64,000 nt of DNA, from NCBI GenBank assembly GCA_000934665.2, contig KZ538395.1:1-64000 (forward strand), read 5' to 3'. The DNA is from Catajapyx aquilonaris (lineage: Eukaryota). Of the stretch, positions 51,537-64,000 are shown in pieces; position 1 is the first letter of the stretch, and each line of letters opens with the position of its first letter. Under the pieces are notes generated by a model, which worked only from the letters and a program-made list of their open reading frames with translations, had not been told where the DNA came from and searched no databases. The translations under genes and the position numbers were made by a program.

Positions 51537-54500
51537 CTGACTGAAGTCATAATATGTCCAGCAGTTCAGCATTCGCCGCTTTTTACTGGCTGAAATTATT
51601 TTTACTTGTTTTGTGTTAAGTTTTTAAGTGGTTTTCAGCTCTAGTCCTTTGTAGTGAAATTTGCTGTCTGCTGACTCAATACTAAGCAAATTTTCCGTCA
51701 ACTAAAGATATTACTTCAATCCTCTGAAAAATTACTATCAGAATAGAAGCATTTCAATTGCAGAAAGTAAAACATTTTTTGAAGTAAAAGGTAAATTGTG
51801 GAGTAATTTTGCCAGATATTACAACGCACACTACATGGATTCAAGAGATAAGGGACACGACCGTACATAAATATCAATTAAATGTACAGCATGTGACCCC
51901 AATAATATTACCGATAATGCAACGAGTAATTTGTTACAATAACGCGTGTCTGTGCCCGAGAATATATATTTATTTACAAAGTGACATAACTTCGTTAATC
52001 TGGTTTGATGAATTGCTATCGGCTGTAATTGTCACCATATTGACAGTGCCTGGGAGTCCAAACTAGCCTGTTGTTTGCTACCATATAAATAATGAGGTTT
52101 GAACGTACCCACGCACTACATCTGGCAACCTGCCAACGAGATATCAACGTAATGTGTCACCAAAATATTTGTCGTTTAGAGCAAATTGGAAATCGGTAAG
52201 AAATATTGCTCTCATTGCCCAACGTACGTGGCGTTATAATGGACAGTGTGTACAGTATACGCTAATTTTTCGTACCATACATAATTTTTATATATTTTAG
52301 TAACAAAGCTGGAACATACATTTTTGTCAACTACAGCAAGTTCCCTACTTACGTAAGTGAATCGTTCCGCTATACGTTATATGTAAGTCGAATTTTACGT
52401 AACTCAGAGGCTCAAGTTGGATGGTTGCGTGTATATCAATGCCTAGTTATTTGTCAGACAATTTGAGTAAAGTATTTTCCTAAAATCGCTTTGAATCAAT
52501 TTGCATGTATATCTGTTTGAACCTAATTGTTATCAAAGTGTGCAGCGTTGTTAGTGACTGGTATAATGTACGGTTTTGACCATGTTTTTGAAGGCAGGTT
52601 AACTCGACTGCTAACTCATGTGTGACGTTAGTCATGCCTGGCAAATATCCCTCCCCCTGTGCATCAGGTTTTGTGCGATAATTGTGCAGGAGATCCCATA
52701 AATAGTGCTTGGAGAGTGGGAGGTTTAGGAGTGAATAATTTTTAAATCCGCTGAAAGCATGAAGTTTCAACCGGACGGATATGTTAAAACCCAGAATAAA
52801 TGTAGGTGTCAATCAGTGCGCCACGGATTTTGCTGTGCTCGCTTTTAATGTGCAAATTCTATTGGGGTAGGATTTTGCTGTTGTTTTTTTTGTTCCGCTT
52901 TGGTTTGGCACGACCAGTTTGTCATTTCCTTTTCCTTTTGCATTTGGTACATTTCGGAGCCGGTTTTTGCCCACCCTTAGACCTTGTTAAAAGCATCAGC
53001 AGCTGACGTTGCTGAAAAACACATAGGGAATGGAAACGGGGTAAATATGTTAATAAATGTCCCTAATTAGACTGGTAGCGTTGGGGGGTAATCTTTTTTA
53101 CCCCGAAGGTATGACGCTTTTGAAACAACACCCGAGGCATCAGGTTGTATAGCCGCTGTTTTTTTTTTTATTTGTATTTTTCCGTGTGGTTCAAAAAAAA
53201 ACACGCGAGTGTGTATTCTGGCGTTTATTTAGCTCCGGTTTTTGAGGCGAGATGGGACACTTCGTACATGACGTGACACATGTAGGCCGAAATTTGTGGG
53301 TGGTGAGATGGGCAGACGCATTTTGTGTGGTTTTTTTTGCGAGAGAGAGAAAAAATCCGTGTTCTTTTTGGACGACGCGTAGATGGACGCATACAAGCCT
53401 CGTTCATGTCCCAAGCTTCATTAGGCGCCCGGAAGCGCGTGAATTTTTCCGAGGACAATCGCGGCTTGACAGGGATTCCCGTGTTTGCCCCCCCNCCCAC
53501 GACTCCCCTATATCCATCGTTCCCGATTACCAATTTACATCTCGGCGGATAATGGACCGCCCCTTAAATGTCTTACGAGCCACTGACATACGCGCATTAA
53601 TAAAATAGTTCGCGATGTCGATCAATGCGCTGTAACTTTTTTTTTTTTTTCCAAACTGGCATCTAAAAGTGATGTGCCTGATAGCTTCATTTAGACTGAA
53701 CTATACAATCAGGATTGGTGTCCTTTTTCCCGCCTCCTTTTTTTCCCCATTCTCTTTGGTTGGGGAACCCTATTTGTGAATGGACGGATGGAACGCCTTG
53801 ATTAGTGTGACTCGCATCCAAATTCTGCGAATTCCGACCCACCGTTTTTTTGTTGCCCGGGTCTTTGCATTTGGGTTCAGGCCAGCCTCTCTGGCAGACT
53901 GCTTGGCGAGACCCCTGGCAACAGATAGCACTCTTGTAATTATGCCGTGGAACCTGCTTTGAGTTTGTGATATGAAAATGGCCGCACCCGCCACTTCTAT
54001 ATACCCCCGCCTGAAAATTTGACGCCGGGTGTTCAACATTGGAGGCGGAATAAATAAAAATTTATCATGATTTGATGCTCGACCCCAAAATGACGAAGCT
54101 CGTTATTGTTGCCGACAGAGACCCCGGGTTATTAATACATGAGGATTTCAGCCTTCAAATTGGGCCGCATTGTGTGTGTGTGTGTAGTTAACTCTGTGAA
54201 GTCATAAAGCCCCCCCACCCTGCCTCTCTCTGCAACACAGCTATTTTTTATGCATTCATTGAACGTGCACAATCATGCCAGTTGTTTACACAACTCTTGG
54301 AACACACAAAATGCAGTATCGATTTCCCTAGAGGAGCAGGAGGAAACAGTAGCTCATCCTGATTTGGGTTACCGAGCAGCACTCGGTTCAAACTGAATCT
54401 AATCAATCTTAGAAACGGCGGATGCATCAAATCGAATTGTGATTGCTGATTCAAGATTGTATGGCTCGTGATCCGGGAGGGATCGGCGGGAAAAATCCGG

Positions 54501-57500
54501 CTGAATGGAGCCAGACTTTTGGTAATCTGTAGGGATGCGAATTGCTGCTGCTGCCATGCAAAAATGTTGTAAGGGTGATACAGATAGTGGGAGAGCTGGG
54601 ATGTATACATACACTAGGCAAGTAATGCGATTAAGTCGGCTGTGATTATCGGCTTATAATAAGTGCGAATAATAGTGCTTATATATTTATGTCTACACGC
54701 TGGTGACGTGGACAATGAAGAGCGACAGATGACCCGGATATGTAGAGAGCGCCTCTCTCGGAAAAAAAGAACGATTGTGCAATAATCACCTTTGGGATGA
54801 GTAAATTAGGGGTTTAGGCTCACCTGTCTATTGGTATACCGTACATCAAACGCAGCCCGAAGCCAATATATGACGTGGGGGAGGAGGGGTAGTCGGTGTG
54901 CCCCAAAGGCAAGCCCCAAACAAACGGATAACTTGGATATTTTTGGAGCCGCGGCCAATATGGACCCCCCCCTCTATCAGTGGGGGAGGCTTACATTTTT
55001 CATTGGCTTCCCAGCATTGCAGGCAGGGGTGAGTAAGGCCCGCTTTTGTCATCAATCTGGTCAGCGTGATGTTACCTAGCAACATGCCCCCCCTCTCTCG
55101 CCGCACTCTGCCGATGGGTTATTGGAAGTGCTATCGGGGAAAGGTAGTTTGTCTGCAACGGGTATCGAACCTTGATATCAAGGGGCGCGTGCCTCCCACA
55201 CAGCACCCAACGTTTTTTTTTTTGTGGTCGGCTGATGGGTGTAAAGGAGAAGCAGCCACCGACCGATTAGGAATTCGGTCAGTTCATCTAGCAAGAGCTG
55301 ACCGCCAATTAAGTTACCTCACTTGCTTGCCTATTTTACATGCCAGGATTATAGCTGAAGTTCCTGGTTCGTACAGTGCCGTCGTACTGCTAGCGACATT
55401 TTCCGTGGCGGCAGAAGTGCATATTGAAGTGATGAAGCCGTGCGAGTAAGAAATGGTAGGCCTTGGGGAGTCCCCAGCCGGTGACGCCATCCAAGGCCTA
55501 CCATTTCTTACTCGCACGGCTCCATCACTTCGTTATGAACTCCTGCCGTCGCTGAAAACGTCGCTAGCAGTACGACGGAATTAATGTCCAGCTTTTGGAG
55601 GGCGTAACCCGAAACCCACAAATCGGTGTAACGGGGCACCGGTCTCTAATTCCGTATTCAATGCTGATTGAGCCCCCCAAGTCGTAGACATTAGCCCCTC
55701 GCGTTACATGGGATGTTGCAGTTAGAGTATCTGGCGGACATAATTTCAGTCTGCCTCCTCCCTGGGTGGCTAATCTGAAAGGAAAAGGGGGGTGGTTTTG
55801 CCCCCCCCCTCCCCCCCCCCTCGAAACCCGGCACATGCTTCCGTTCCAAACAGGGCTATAATATGCGGAGGCAATCCGGGCGCCAGCACATTTGCAGACT
55901 CTTTCCGGGGAAACCCAGGCAAGATGAGGACCACCTCCCACCACCCCAAGCCCCCCCATCCCAGTGAGTGTCCCATCTTACAGGGGAGCTCATCCTCCGG
56001 AAATGGGAAGAGGCAAACCGGACAAAGTTACAGTTATTGTTTTTCCACCGGAGTGTCCTCCCCCCTCTCTCAAAACCATTTCTTGCTCCCCCCCCTTGGA
56101 AACGGCAAATGGAAAACTTATTACAGTGCATGGGAAATACAACTTGTGGGAAATGGTATTTGGGCTTTCGGGCCGCCGGATGTTATGGGTCTCGGGCCAG
56201 CAAAGTCTCTCTTGACAAGAAGAATAAAAGTCCCGGATTACGAGTCTTTATGCGGAGTTGAGGTTTCGGATGGTGAGGGGGTGCGCAGTGGGACAGAATT
56301 TTATGGCCGGGTTGATACAGGGGCAGAGATGATCCCTGGGTAAGATTCACCTTTTCCTCGCCGGACTGAGACTGCACCTGGTTAAATTTCTATCAGCTCC
56401 GGTTTATGGAACTCGGCGCGCCCGTCTTTTTATTAATTCACAAGGCGACTTTGACGAATAAACATTGCTAATTGCACTCGGGATTAGTACATAGAACCTA
56501 GTTAATCTAATTTGCCTCTTATCGCGCCGGGGAGGTTCATAATCAAGTTTTCTAACCGCTGGTTCAGGACGCCTCGACCTATTGACCCGAGACTTTTTAA
56601 CGTGAAAATCTGATATTTTCCTATTTTATTAACTTTTTTTGTGCTAGATTGCGTTTAAAAAGCTTACAATTTTTTTAAAGCCTGTAAGCGCATAGTTAAA
56701 AGCTTTGGGAGTTGGATGAGGTTTTGCTGTGTAGTTTCCAAAGTCTTGGATGGTGGAATCGCAGGTAGGCCATCCATAAAGAGCGCCAAGTGTGGGGGTG
56801 ACAAATGGCGGCAGGATGCAGGCATAATGATGCTTTATGACCCACCAAAAGAATGGAGTTCCCGCTCTTTTTTCCGGTAAAAATATATTTTTATTTGTAG
56901 CCTGCCTTTCCAAGAGAGGGGGAGGCACATCCAGTGTGGCGCGCATGTATAGTGGGGGATAGGATTATTGTCGAAGGAATAAATCATGAAACCGCGCCTC
57001 GTACAATGCATCATTTATAGGGAGTGCTGCAGCTATGCTCCCATGTGGGAGCTTCATAATTCACAGCCAGACGGACATTTGCTGGTAGTTAGGTGATCAG
57101 TGTTGAGGGTAGGAAAAAATGGGGGTTAGCAGGACTGTTAGGTAACATTTTGACCCATTTTTTTAAAAAAGTGCGGAGGGTGTGCCCCAAAATTGTTGTC
57201 TTGTCAGCAACAGCCCGGATTTCGAGGCGTCAGTTGTCAGTCAAAAAAAAAAGTTCTCGAGGGTATCACATGACATGACGAAACTTGCGAAACACAGAAT
57301 AACTGTTGCTGGCTACTACGTTTACGGAGTGTCCAAAAGATCTTGAGAGCGTGGATTTTACACGCTGGCTATATGAGCCGACATGCATTTTGCCTTAACA
57401 CTGCGCCTGGCACGCGCTCCCGGGGCGATAATTATTGGGAATGGTCAAAATATGACCTGCGACAATAATTTTACACCGTTGGGAGTGAAAAGCAGGGGCC

Positions 57501-60500
57501 TGTTAAAAGAGTTTATAGCCGGCCAGTGCAGGAGGGATAATAACTTACTTGACTGTCGCTGGCTACGTCCAGCACCTCGTCCAGGGCTAGAGGCTTCATA
57601 ATAGCCCCTCCCCTCTTGCAGAGGCACGTAGGCGAGAGGCTATAAAAATTATAGGCACCTGGCAGTTGTAGGCCGCTAATGACTGCGCACCGCGCTAATG
57701 TGAAGTATCGGGAATGGAATTGCGGACTGCAAAAGGCTTCTGGCAGGACTTTGATGGCTTCTCGGGAAGTATTTGAACCGTTTCGTAATGTTTCGAGGGG
57801 GCGGAGACTACTAGGCCACATCATAGTCGCCCGCTTTTATATCGACAAGGCTGCATGCTGCAAAACCGCTCTTATTTTCGAGCACTACAGGCTGGCACAC
57901 TGCCCATGTCCGACGCTCCGAACTATACTGGAGAGAGACTTACAAATCACTAGCCAATGTGTCCACAGCAGCTTTTAGCAGCTTTCTCGGCTGTAAAGTG
58001 ATAGTTGCTGGAGCAAACAATCAGCATTACATCCTGCTTGACCTGTTCATTTGCGCAATGTACCACCCTGTTGGTCTGTGGATGGAATGATTTCTGGGTC
58101 GGTTCCTAATGAGGTATAGACGCTCTCCCACAAACAAGCTGAGGTGGTAGTTAGCAAGCGAGATAAGTGGATATTTTCCCGTCTAGGATTTTGCCCCTTT
58201 GGGTTTTCCCCCTCCCAAAATAAGGGTATATAGGGAGGAGGTTTTCGCCATGTTGACCCCGGGATTGCCCGTGGCGTGGAAAAGGCAGTGGCCGTTCAGA
58301 ATCGCTCTTCTTTTGGGCGCTACGCTTTTGCAAATGGACTCCGGTGCCGGCGGGATAAGTGCACTTAGGCCCGGTGTAGGGGTGTACGTTGGGTTTTTTG
58401 GTGGGGGGGCATATAGAGGGGAAAGGGGGTAGTTTCATGGTTCCTATGGCAGCCAGCTCTGGGGGGGACTGAAGAGCGAGTCTTGTGGTTGCGGACCCCC
58501 AAAATGAGGTCTGGAGAGGATGCCTATTGTGCACTAATGGTCCCAAATATGGATTGTTGCATAGCAAACCGGGCGTGAAACAGGTGCAAACGGGCGGAAA
58601 ACGTCGATTTGGAAACAAATGGAGGTGGGGTATTAGGCATCGGGGTGCGCAACAACTCGGAAGAGGAGGGGGGCCGAATTTTAGGAGAGGATGTTGAGAG
58701 AGGACCGGGTGCCAGGTTTCCCCTCCCTTGCTATGTATTACCCAAGTGTAAAGAGGAAGGTTTCAATTCATGCGTTGTATGTTATTAAATTAACAGGCAC
58801 TGGCGTTATACCTGTGCACATGTTCTTGTCGGTCATGCCCTTTAAAATCCAAATGCATGTTTCATCCCTACGTCTGTAACTCGTGCATGGTCGAACTCTG
58901 CCGCATTTCAAAGTTCACTGTCCAACAGGCAGGATGATTGCTATGCTTGTATCCCTAATTTAGTAGTCTTTCCGAATAACAATTTCTTTCCACTCTGCCA
59001 TGCATTTTCTCTCCCCTCCATTTTTTTTTCGTGCACACTCCAACGGTAATAACAGTAGTAAACTTTTGTAGCTGTCGATATATACATGCAGGCTTGTTAT
59101 TACAAACTCCTTTTTGCTAGGGCGGCGGTATAACAGCCTCGCAACTGCCAGACTCGCTACGTGTGTATTATATGTGCGGCGTGGGGTTATATTACGGTTG
59201 TTACTCTGTTTGTAGTGGCTTAACATGAGATGTTGAGTTTTATAACGAAGCTGGTGTTGTTGCTGACTGCTGCTGCTGCCGTCGCCATCTGTGCGCCTAC
59301 ATTTCTCGGATTTCGCCCCTTTCCTAGAAGACCCCCAGAATCCTTGGCGGAAATGAATTCTGAGAAACAGACGGAGCGAATTGCACACTCTAAACTTCTT
59401 TAGGTTTTATAAACTACGCGTAATTACTGGAGGGAGTTCACTGCGTATAAAGTGAGCGGTGACCGCGGATTAAAATTACTGCAGGTCTCCCTATAGAGCT
59501 GGCTTTTATTATAATATCCGCATGAGCCCCGGTCATTATGCGCAGATAATAATGTAATACTGTGCAAATATTATGATCACTATAATGGTGCCAGCTGAAC
59601 AAATCCAGCCAACTTCGTTTGCGCGAAAATTGAATAAAACCGACCGTTATGTCAAAACATAACTGTACATTTGAATTAACTTTGTGCAGTGAGGCGATAA
59701 TGTTGTGTTCGACTGTGTACCGTATATAATGTTGTACTTTTAATAAAACAAATCCGGAACTCCCAGTATCATACATCAGTGATAAAAAGTAGTGGCTATG
59801 GAAGTTTCTAAAGAAATATGTCCACAGGATGGGAAAAGTACACACGAAGTACTTCCCCTTTTCCCTCCCGGGAAACGCAACTGATCAAGCACCCACTTTG
59901 GCGAGCTATTAATAAAATCGGTGCAGTAATTGACTGCTGAACTTGTTTGCCCAGTAAAGCGCAATTTTGTGTCGACATCACACTAGAATGGAGTTGGGGA
60001 ATAAAATTTCTCTTCCACCCCTCCCCCCTACCTAACTTCTTTTTTTTACCCCCCAGAAGATTGCCTATTTTTTTGTGGGTCCCGAAGGTGAATTGTTCTA
60101 ATACTAAAATGGATGAGGTTGGCTCAGCTCACCTGAAAACTTCACCACCTATAATCAGATCGGGCCACCAAAAATTGCAGCGTCATTGCGCATGTCGCCT
60201 GTAAGAATGCGTGTGGCAATTACTATTTTTTTTAACTCTCAAAAAAGTCGCCGAAGAGGATCCCGGTCGCGTAACGAGGTGGTAGTTAAATCAGGGTAAA
60301 CCCCAGGCAAGCTGCTGGATGTGCCGGTGATAGATTTTGGACGGTAATATCCGGGTCGGGACCATTAAAGCGCCAAATTAATGTCTCCCCCAATACCATC
60401 TGGCAACCCACAGGGAAGGGTGATGTCGGGGAAAAAAAAATTCACTTGGCCTTGTAGTTAAGGCCCACTTTTTTTCCTGCCCTTTTCCGTTTTTTTTTTT

Positions 60501-63500
60501 TTTGGAGCAACAGAGAGGAACAAGAGCCAATATGGTGGTCCCAGGTTAAATGTTGGCAAATGGAATAATTTATGTTGCGGGGCCTGCCTCGCCATGAATA
60601 CCAAAGACGCGCCAGGAGATGAAATGGTGGAAGGGAGAAAACCTGGCACTTGATTCTTAACCTGCATAGTTTTTTTTCCTCTCTTTACTTTTTTCAATGA
60701 AGAAATTTTTACCCAATTGCGTCAGATTGGTGACGGGTGCAAGGGGACACAAAGTTGTTTCTGTCGCAGTGATTGGATCGATTTTGGGTTGACAGGTGAT
60801 TTTTCGTTATGCCGGACCGACAGTTTTGCAGGAGAACCCAAATGACTCTGTTCGTGGGGAAGGGATTGTCAAAGGCTGTCAAAAATGGCGAACTGGACGG
60901 ATTTCTTAGGGGGGGAGCTGGCTAAATCCGCGATCCTAAGGCGACAGCGAGGTCGTTCAGGAGAAGGAGAAAAAAAAAGTTGTCTTCGGGAAAAGGGTTT
61001 TTAAGCGAACAATTCGTGCCAAGGATGGCTATCCATTTGTCATTCGCAAAAAGGACGGCCGCGTCACACGAGTTGTTTCCAAAACACAACCAGCCACCAT
61101 CTCCTTGAAAACCCTTGGTCTCACCATTCGCATCGGCACATTGGCGAGTGTGAATATACAAGTGGGTAGCCCGGAATTTTTTCGATCAAATGAAACGAGC
61201 CCGGTCGGAATCCACTCACCCATTTTTGTTTAACCCGCGTGTGGATGGTGGAAAAAAAAAATACAGGGCTGCAATCCTTGAAGTGGTGTGAGCAGAGTGT
61301 TATTGAAGCTCTAGTTAAACCGAAACCGTCGAGCGGAAGAGCTCTCGAAGAATGTCATCAGGTGGACGTGCCCTGTGTGAAGTGGGCTCATCTTGCCCAG
61401 TGTGTGCTCCTGGATCATATGAGAGCGCCCATGTAACTGGACCGGGTTGCGAAACGCAATAGACTAGGGGATCGGGTGTAACTAACCAAAAGGGGAAAGG
61501 ATTTTTTTTTTGTATATAGGGAGGACCCTGTCTGCTTGTTGGTGGTCCAGAAGGGCCCGCGGGACATGTTAAACGTGACTGCAGCCGCCATTCCTAATGA
61601 TGCCTGATGGACCAAATACTCCGGAGACAATCCGGGCTCCCACAATGCCAGTTCAAGACGGGGATTGATGATGCCTCCTCTCTTTTTTTTTTCTTCTCCC
61701 CGTATAGCCTGAGGAGTTTCCCGGGTAGGATTTACAGCCTGGTATATATAGTCTATATTGAAAGAACTTAACGAGCTACATCACGGGGCTGTTTCTCTTT
61801 TCTCTTCCATTCCGGGGGGGATGGTGAGGTGCAGCGAGATGATTGCCATCAGGCATGATTTGAGGAAATTGAGCTTGGTTAATAAGTATTGAGACGCAGG
61901 AACCGTACTGGTGCCTTTTGCCACGTTACAGGCGTATATATGGAAAAACTAAGGACGTTATCATCAGGTTGTACACTCTTAATGGATAAAAAGACGCGGT
62001 GTATCTTTCCTAGTTTAACCCGAGTCGATCAGAATTCAGACCAGATCAAGCTCGAGACTAAGGGAGTAGATTTTCTGTTCCAGACTAACAAGAACAAGTG
62101 GCTCATCTTAATATCACTTAGGGCTTTTCGTTGCAGCTCGAGCCTTCCAATCCCCCCCTCCCATTTTCGATCGATCCTCCATACAAATTGAGATTCAAGC
62201 TAAGAGGGCTTAATTAGCCAAATCAGTTCTTTGCATGGCACACACTTTGCCTAAGGTTGGAGTGATTTGCAGGTGCGGAGGTTCGTCCCTTGACCAGAAT
62301 GGAACAGGGCAGTTGGAAATAAAAACGACAAAAATTACCTCCGAACCTTGCTTTTGTAGTTTGTGTGTGTATGCCCCGCATTAGTTTTCATCAGGTCGGT
62401 ATTTCGGGTGGGCATTAATGCGCGACTTGCTAAATACTGCGCTTGGATTATGAATACTCTTGCGTAACCTGAAAATTTGGAGGTGCACTCGCAATGTTTA
62501 CTCTGGTCCATGTAAAGCAGGTTAGTTGGAAACTGGAATGTTTCAAAAATCTTATAGGATGCATACTAGCTCGCAATATTTGAAGAAGAAAAATATTAAG
62601 TTTGCCAAAAACTAGCTGCAATTTCGAAAGTACGCCCTTAGACAAGACGGAAATGTTTACATGTAGGTTAATAGTTCAGTGTTATTTGTAAAGGAAAAAA
62701 AAAAGGTTCGAGTAATCTTTCCATGCTGACAGCAGAACCCCAGAATCCCAGAAAGCACGAAATATTCAATAAAGCAAATAACGTGCCCAATTTGGAATAG
62801 CTTCCAGCCAATTTGTTCGTCGTAAATGCATTTGGATCCAATATCCTACTTACACGTGGCCCCGTACCGTTTGTTTGACATCAGTACGCAGGTACCGGAA
62901 CTGAGCCGAAGAAATTGAATTGCATATAGTGCCTTTTGTTGCAAGCTTATGCCGGATCACACGAGCTGTAAATACCAAGCTGAAGTCGCAAGTGCTCCTT
63001 TGGGAACTAAAAATAGCCTGTGATATGTGATTAATGAGTAGGTTTAGATGCGCAAACAGGCCTGTTATGGCAAAGAGGATGAAACTTCGTAAGTATACGC
63101 ATAGGATGACAGTGTAAGGCTGACGGAAGAAAGCACATCTGAAGACCCGGAATAATGAGAGAAATAAGCCGGTATGAGAAGAGACGGTATTAAAAACAAG
63201 TTGATTGGCCCGTGCAGGGTTTCAGTTGGTCGACAGGCAAGTTTGATGGCTCAGATACCTGCAATTAGACAGTGAAACGACGGCACCGAAAGAGAACTTA
63301 TCCAGCCTCCTAATGGGGAGGAATCTGTCAGTGATGAGGGAGCCAATAAGAGCTTGGTTAAAGTGTGCCTTACTACTTGCTTCTGGGAAGAGAGAGAGTT
63401 CCCATGTTGGAGAAGCTGGGTGGCATTTATTTCCCATCGGGCAAAGTCTGAGGGAAAAGGCAAGGCGAGTCCCGCCCGTAAAATTTCGATATTCAGGTGT

Positions 63501-64000
63501 GGTCGCGCTTCTTGTTTGCTTGAGTGCCTTTACTTGATTGAATCTTGGAGCCGTGATGGTGGTGGTGGCTGCGGTTTATTGTGCGCCAACCGGGCTGCTC
63601 CACAAAAGTCCCAAAGAGATTCCATTTCCTGATGTCTTTTCGATACCGCGCGGCTAACTTGTTATTTGCTTGGAACCCAAGGCGGAGATGTGCTCCAATG
63701 ATAGGTTTGTGTGTCGTCCAATGCCAACGCGGGACTTGCAGAATGGAGAGAAGAATTGGCTGGATAAAATATCGGTCCTCTTCTTCTTTTACCCCCCTCC
63801 CCACTCCTCCCAAACCTCTTCTTCCTTCACCTCCAAAAAAAAAACGAAGAAGAAGAAAAAAAAGAGTGGATGATGGGGGAGGAGAGAGAAGGACCTGACT
63901 GCTGTTGCTTCTTTATTTTTTACCACTTAGTGGCAAAGTGGTTAGGCTGACACCGCTTAGGAGGACTAGTGTACATGCTCGCTGGGTTGAATTCAAAGCT

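Larger units (their letters stand above)
1..64000 (+). other. Probable interior (giant intron or introns) of a large + strand eukaryotic gene
   Basis: No recognisable protein-coding run in 64 kb. The two strongest composite splice signals (19346/7, 39540/1) and the candidate coding exon at 39837-39899 are all on the + strand. The extent of the gene is inferred. Confidence 0.55.

Noticed and set aside
60125..60145. Minus-strand TTTTCAG|GTGAGC (also TTTGCAG|GTAATC near 49345)
   Set aside because: Very short pyrimidine tracts; much weaker than the two + strand sites.
61351..61461. Short Cys-rich ORF containing CPVCAPGSYE, reminiscent of TNFR/ephrin-receptor Cys-rich repeats
   Set aside because: Only a few residues match, there is no flanking acceptor or donor, and it ends in a stop; likely coincidence.
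1..64000. Prokaryotic systems (operons, CRISPR arrays, IS elements, phage) or Hox-cluster hallmarks
   Set aside because: No gene-dense ORFs or regularly spaced repeats, and no homeobox, YPWM exon, miR-10, miR-993 or iab-4 sequence found by eye.

Overview
This is eukaryotic, almost entirely non-coding genomic DNA from a draft assembly, with N gaps and single Ns mostly beside homopolymer runs. It is most plausibly from an arthropod-like invertebrate: CpG is not visibly depleted, TAATTA motifs are abundant, and the Helitron termini are insect-type. None of the long six-frame ORFs resembles a protein I recognise, and I found no rRNA, intact tRNA, CRISPR array or known miRNA. The best reading is the interior of a very large + strand transcription unit. 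Two strong recursive-splicing-type sites (branch point, polypyrimidine tract, CAG|GTAAG) lie at 19346/19347 and 39540/39541, about 20 kb apart, and each is followed by a short cryptic-exon donor. The second site has a hairpin over its regenerated donor and is followed by an ATG-free 296-nt leader and a 63-nt candidate first coding exon (MKRPASDVQYFAFMPYLADPQ). Also present are two copies of a non-autonomous Helitron (one with a fold-back rearrangement), a nested-palindrome MITE-like element, microsatellites, G4 motifs and several weak exon or smORF candidates. The host gene cannot be named from this window.
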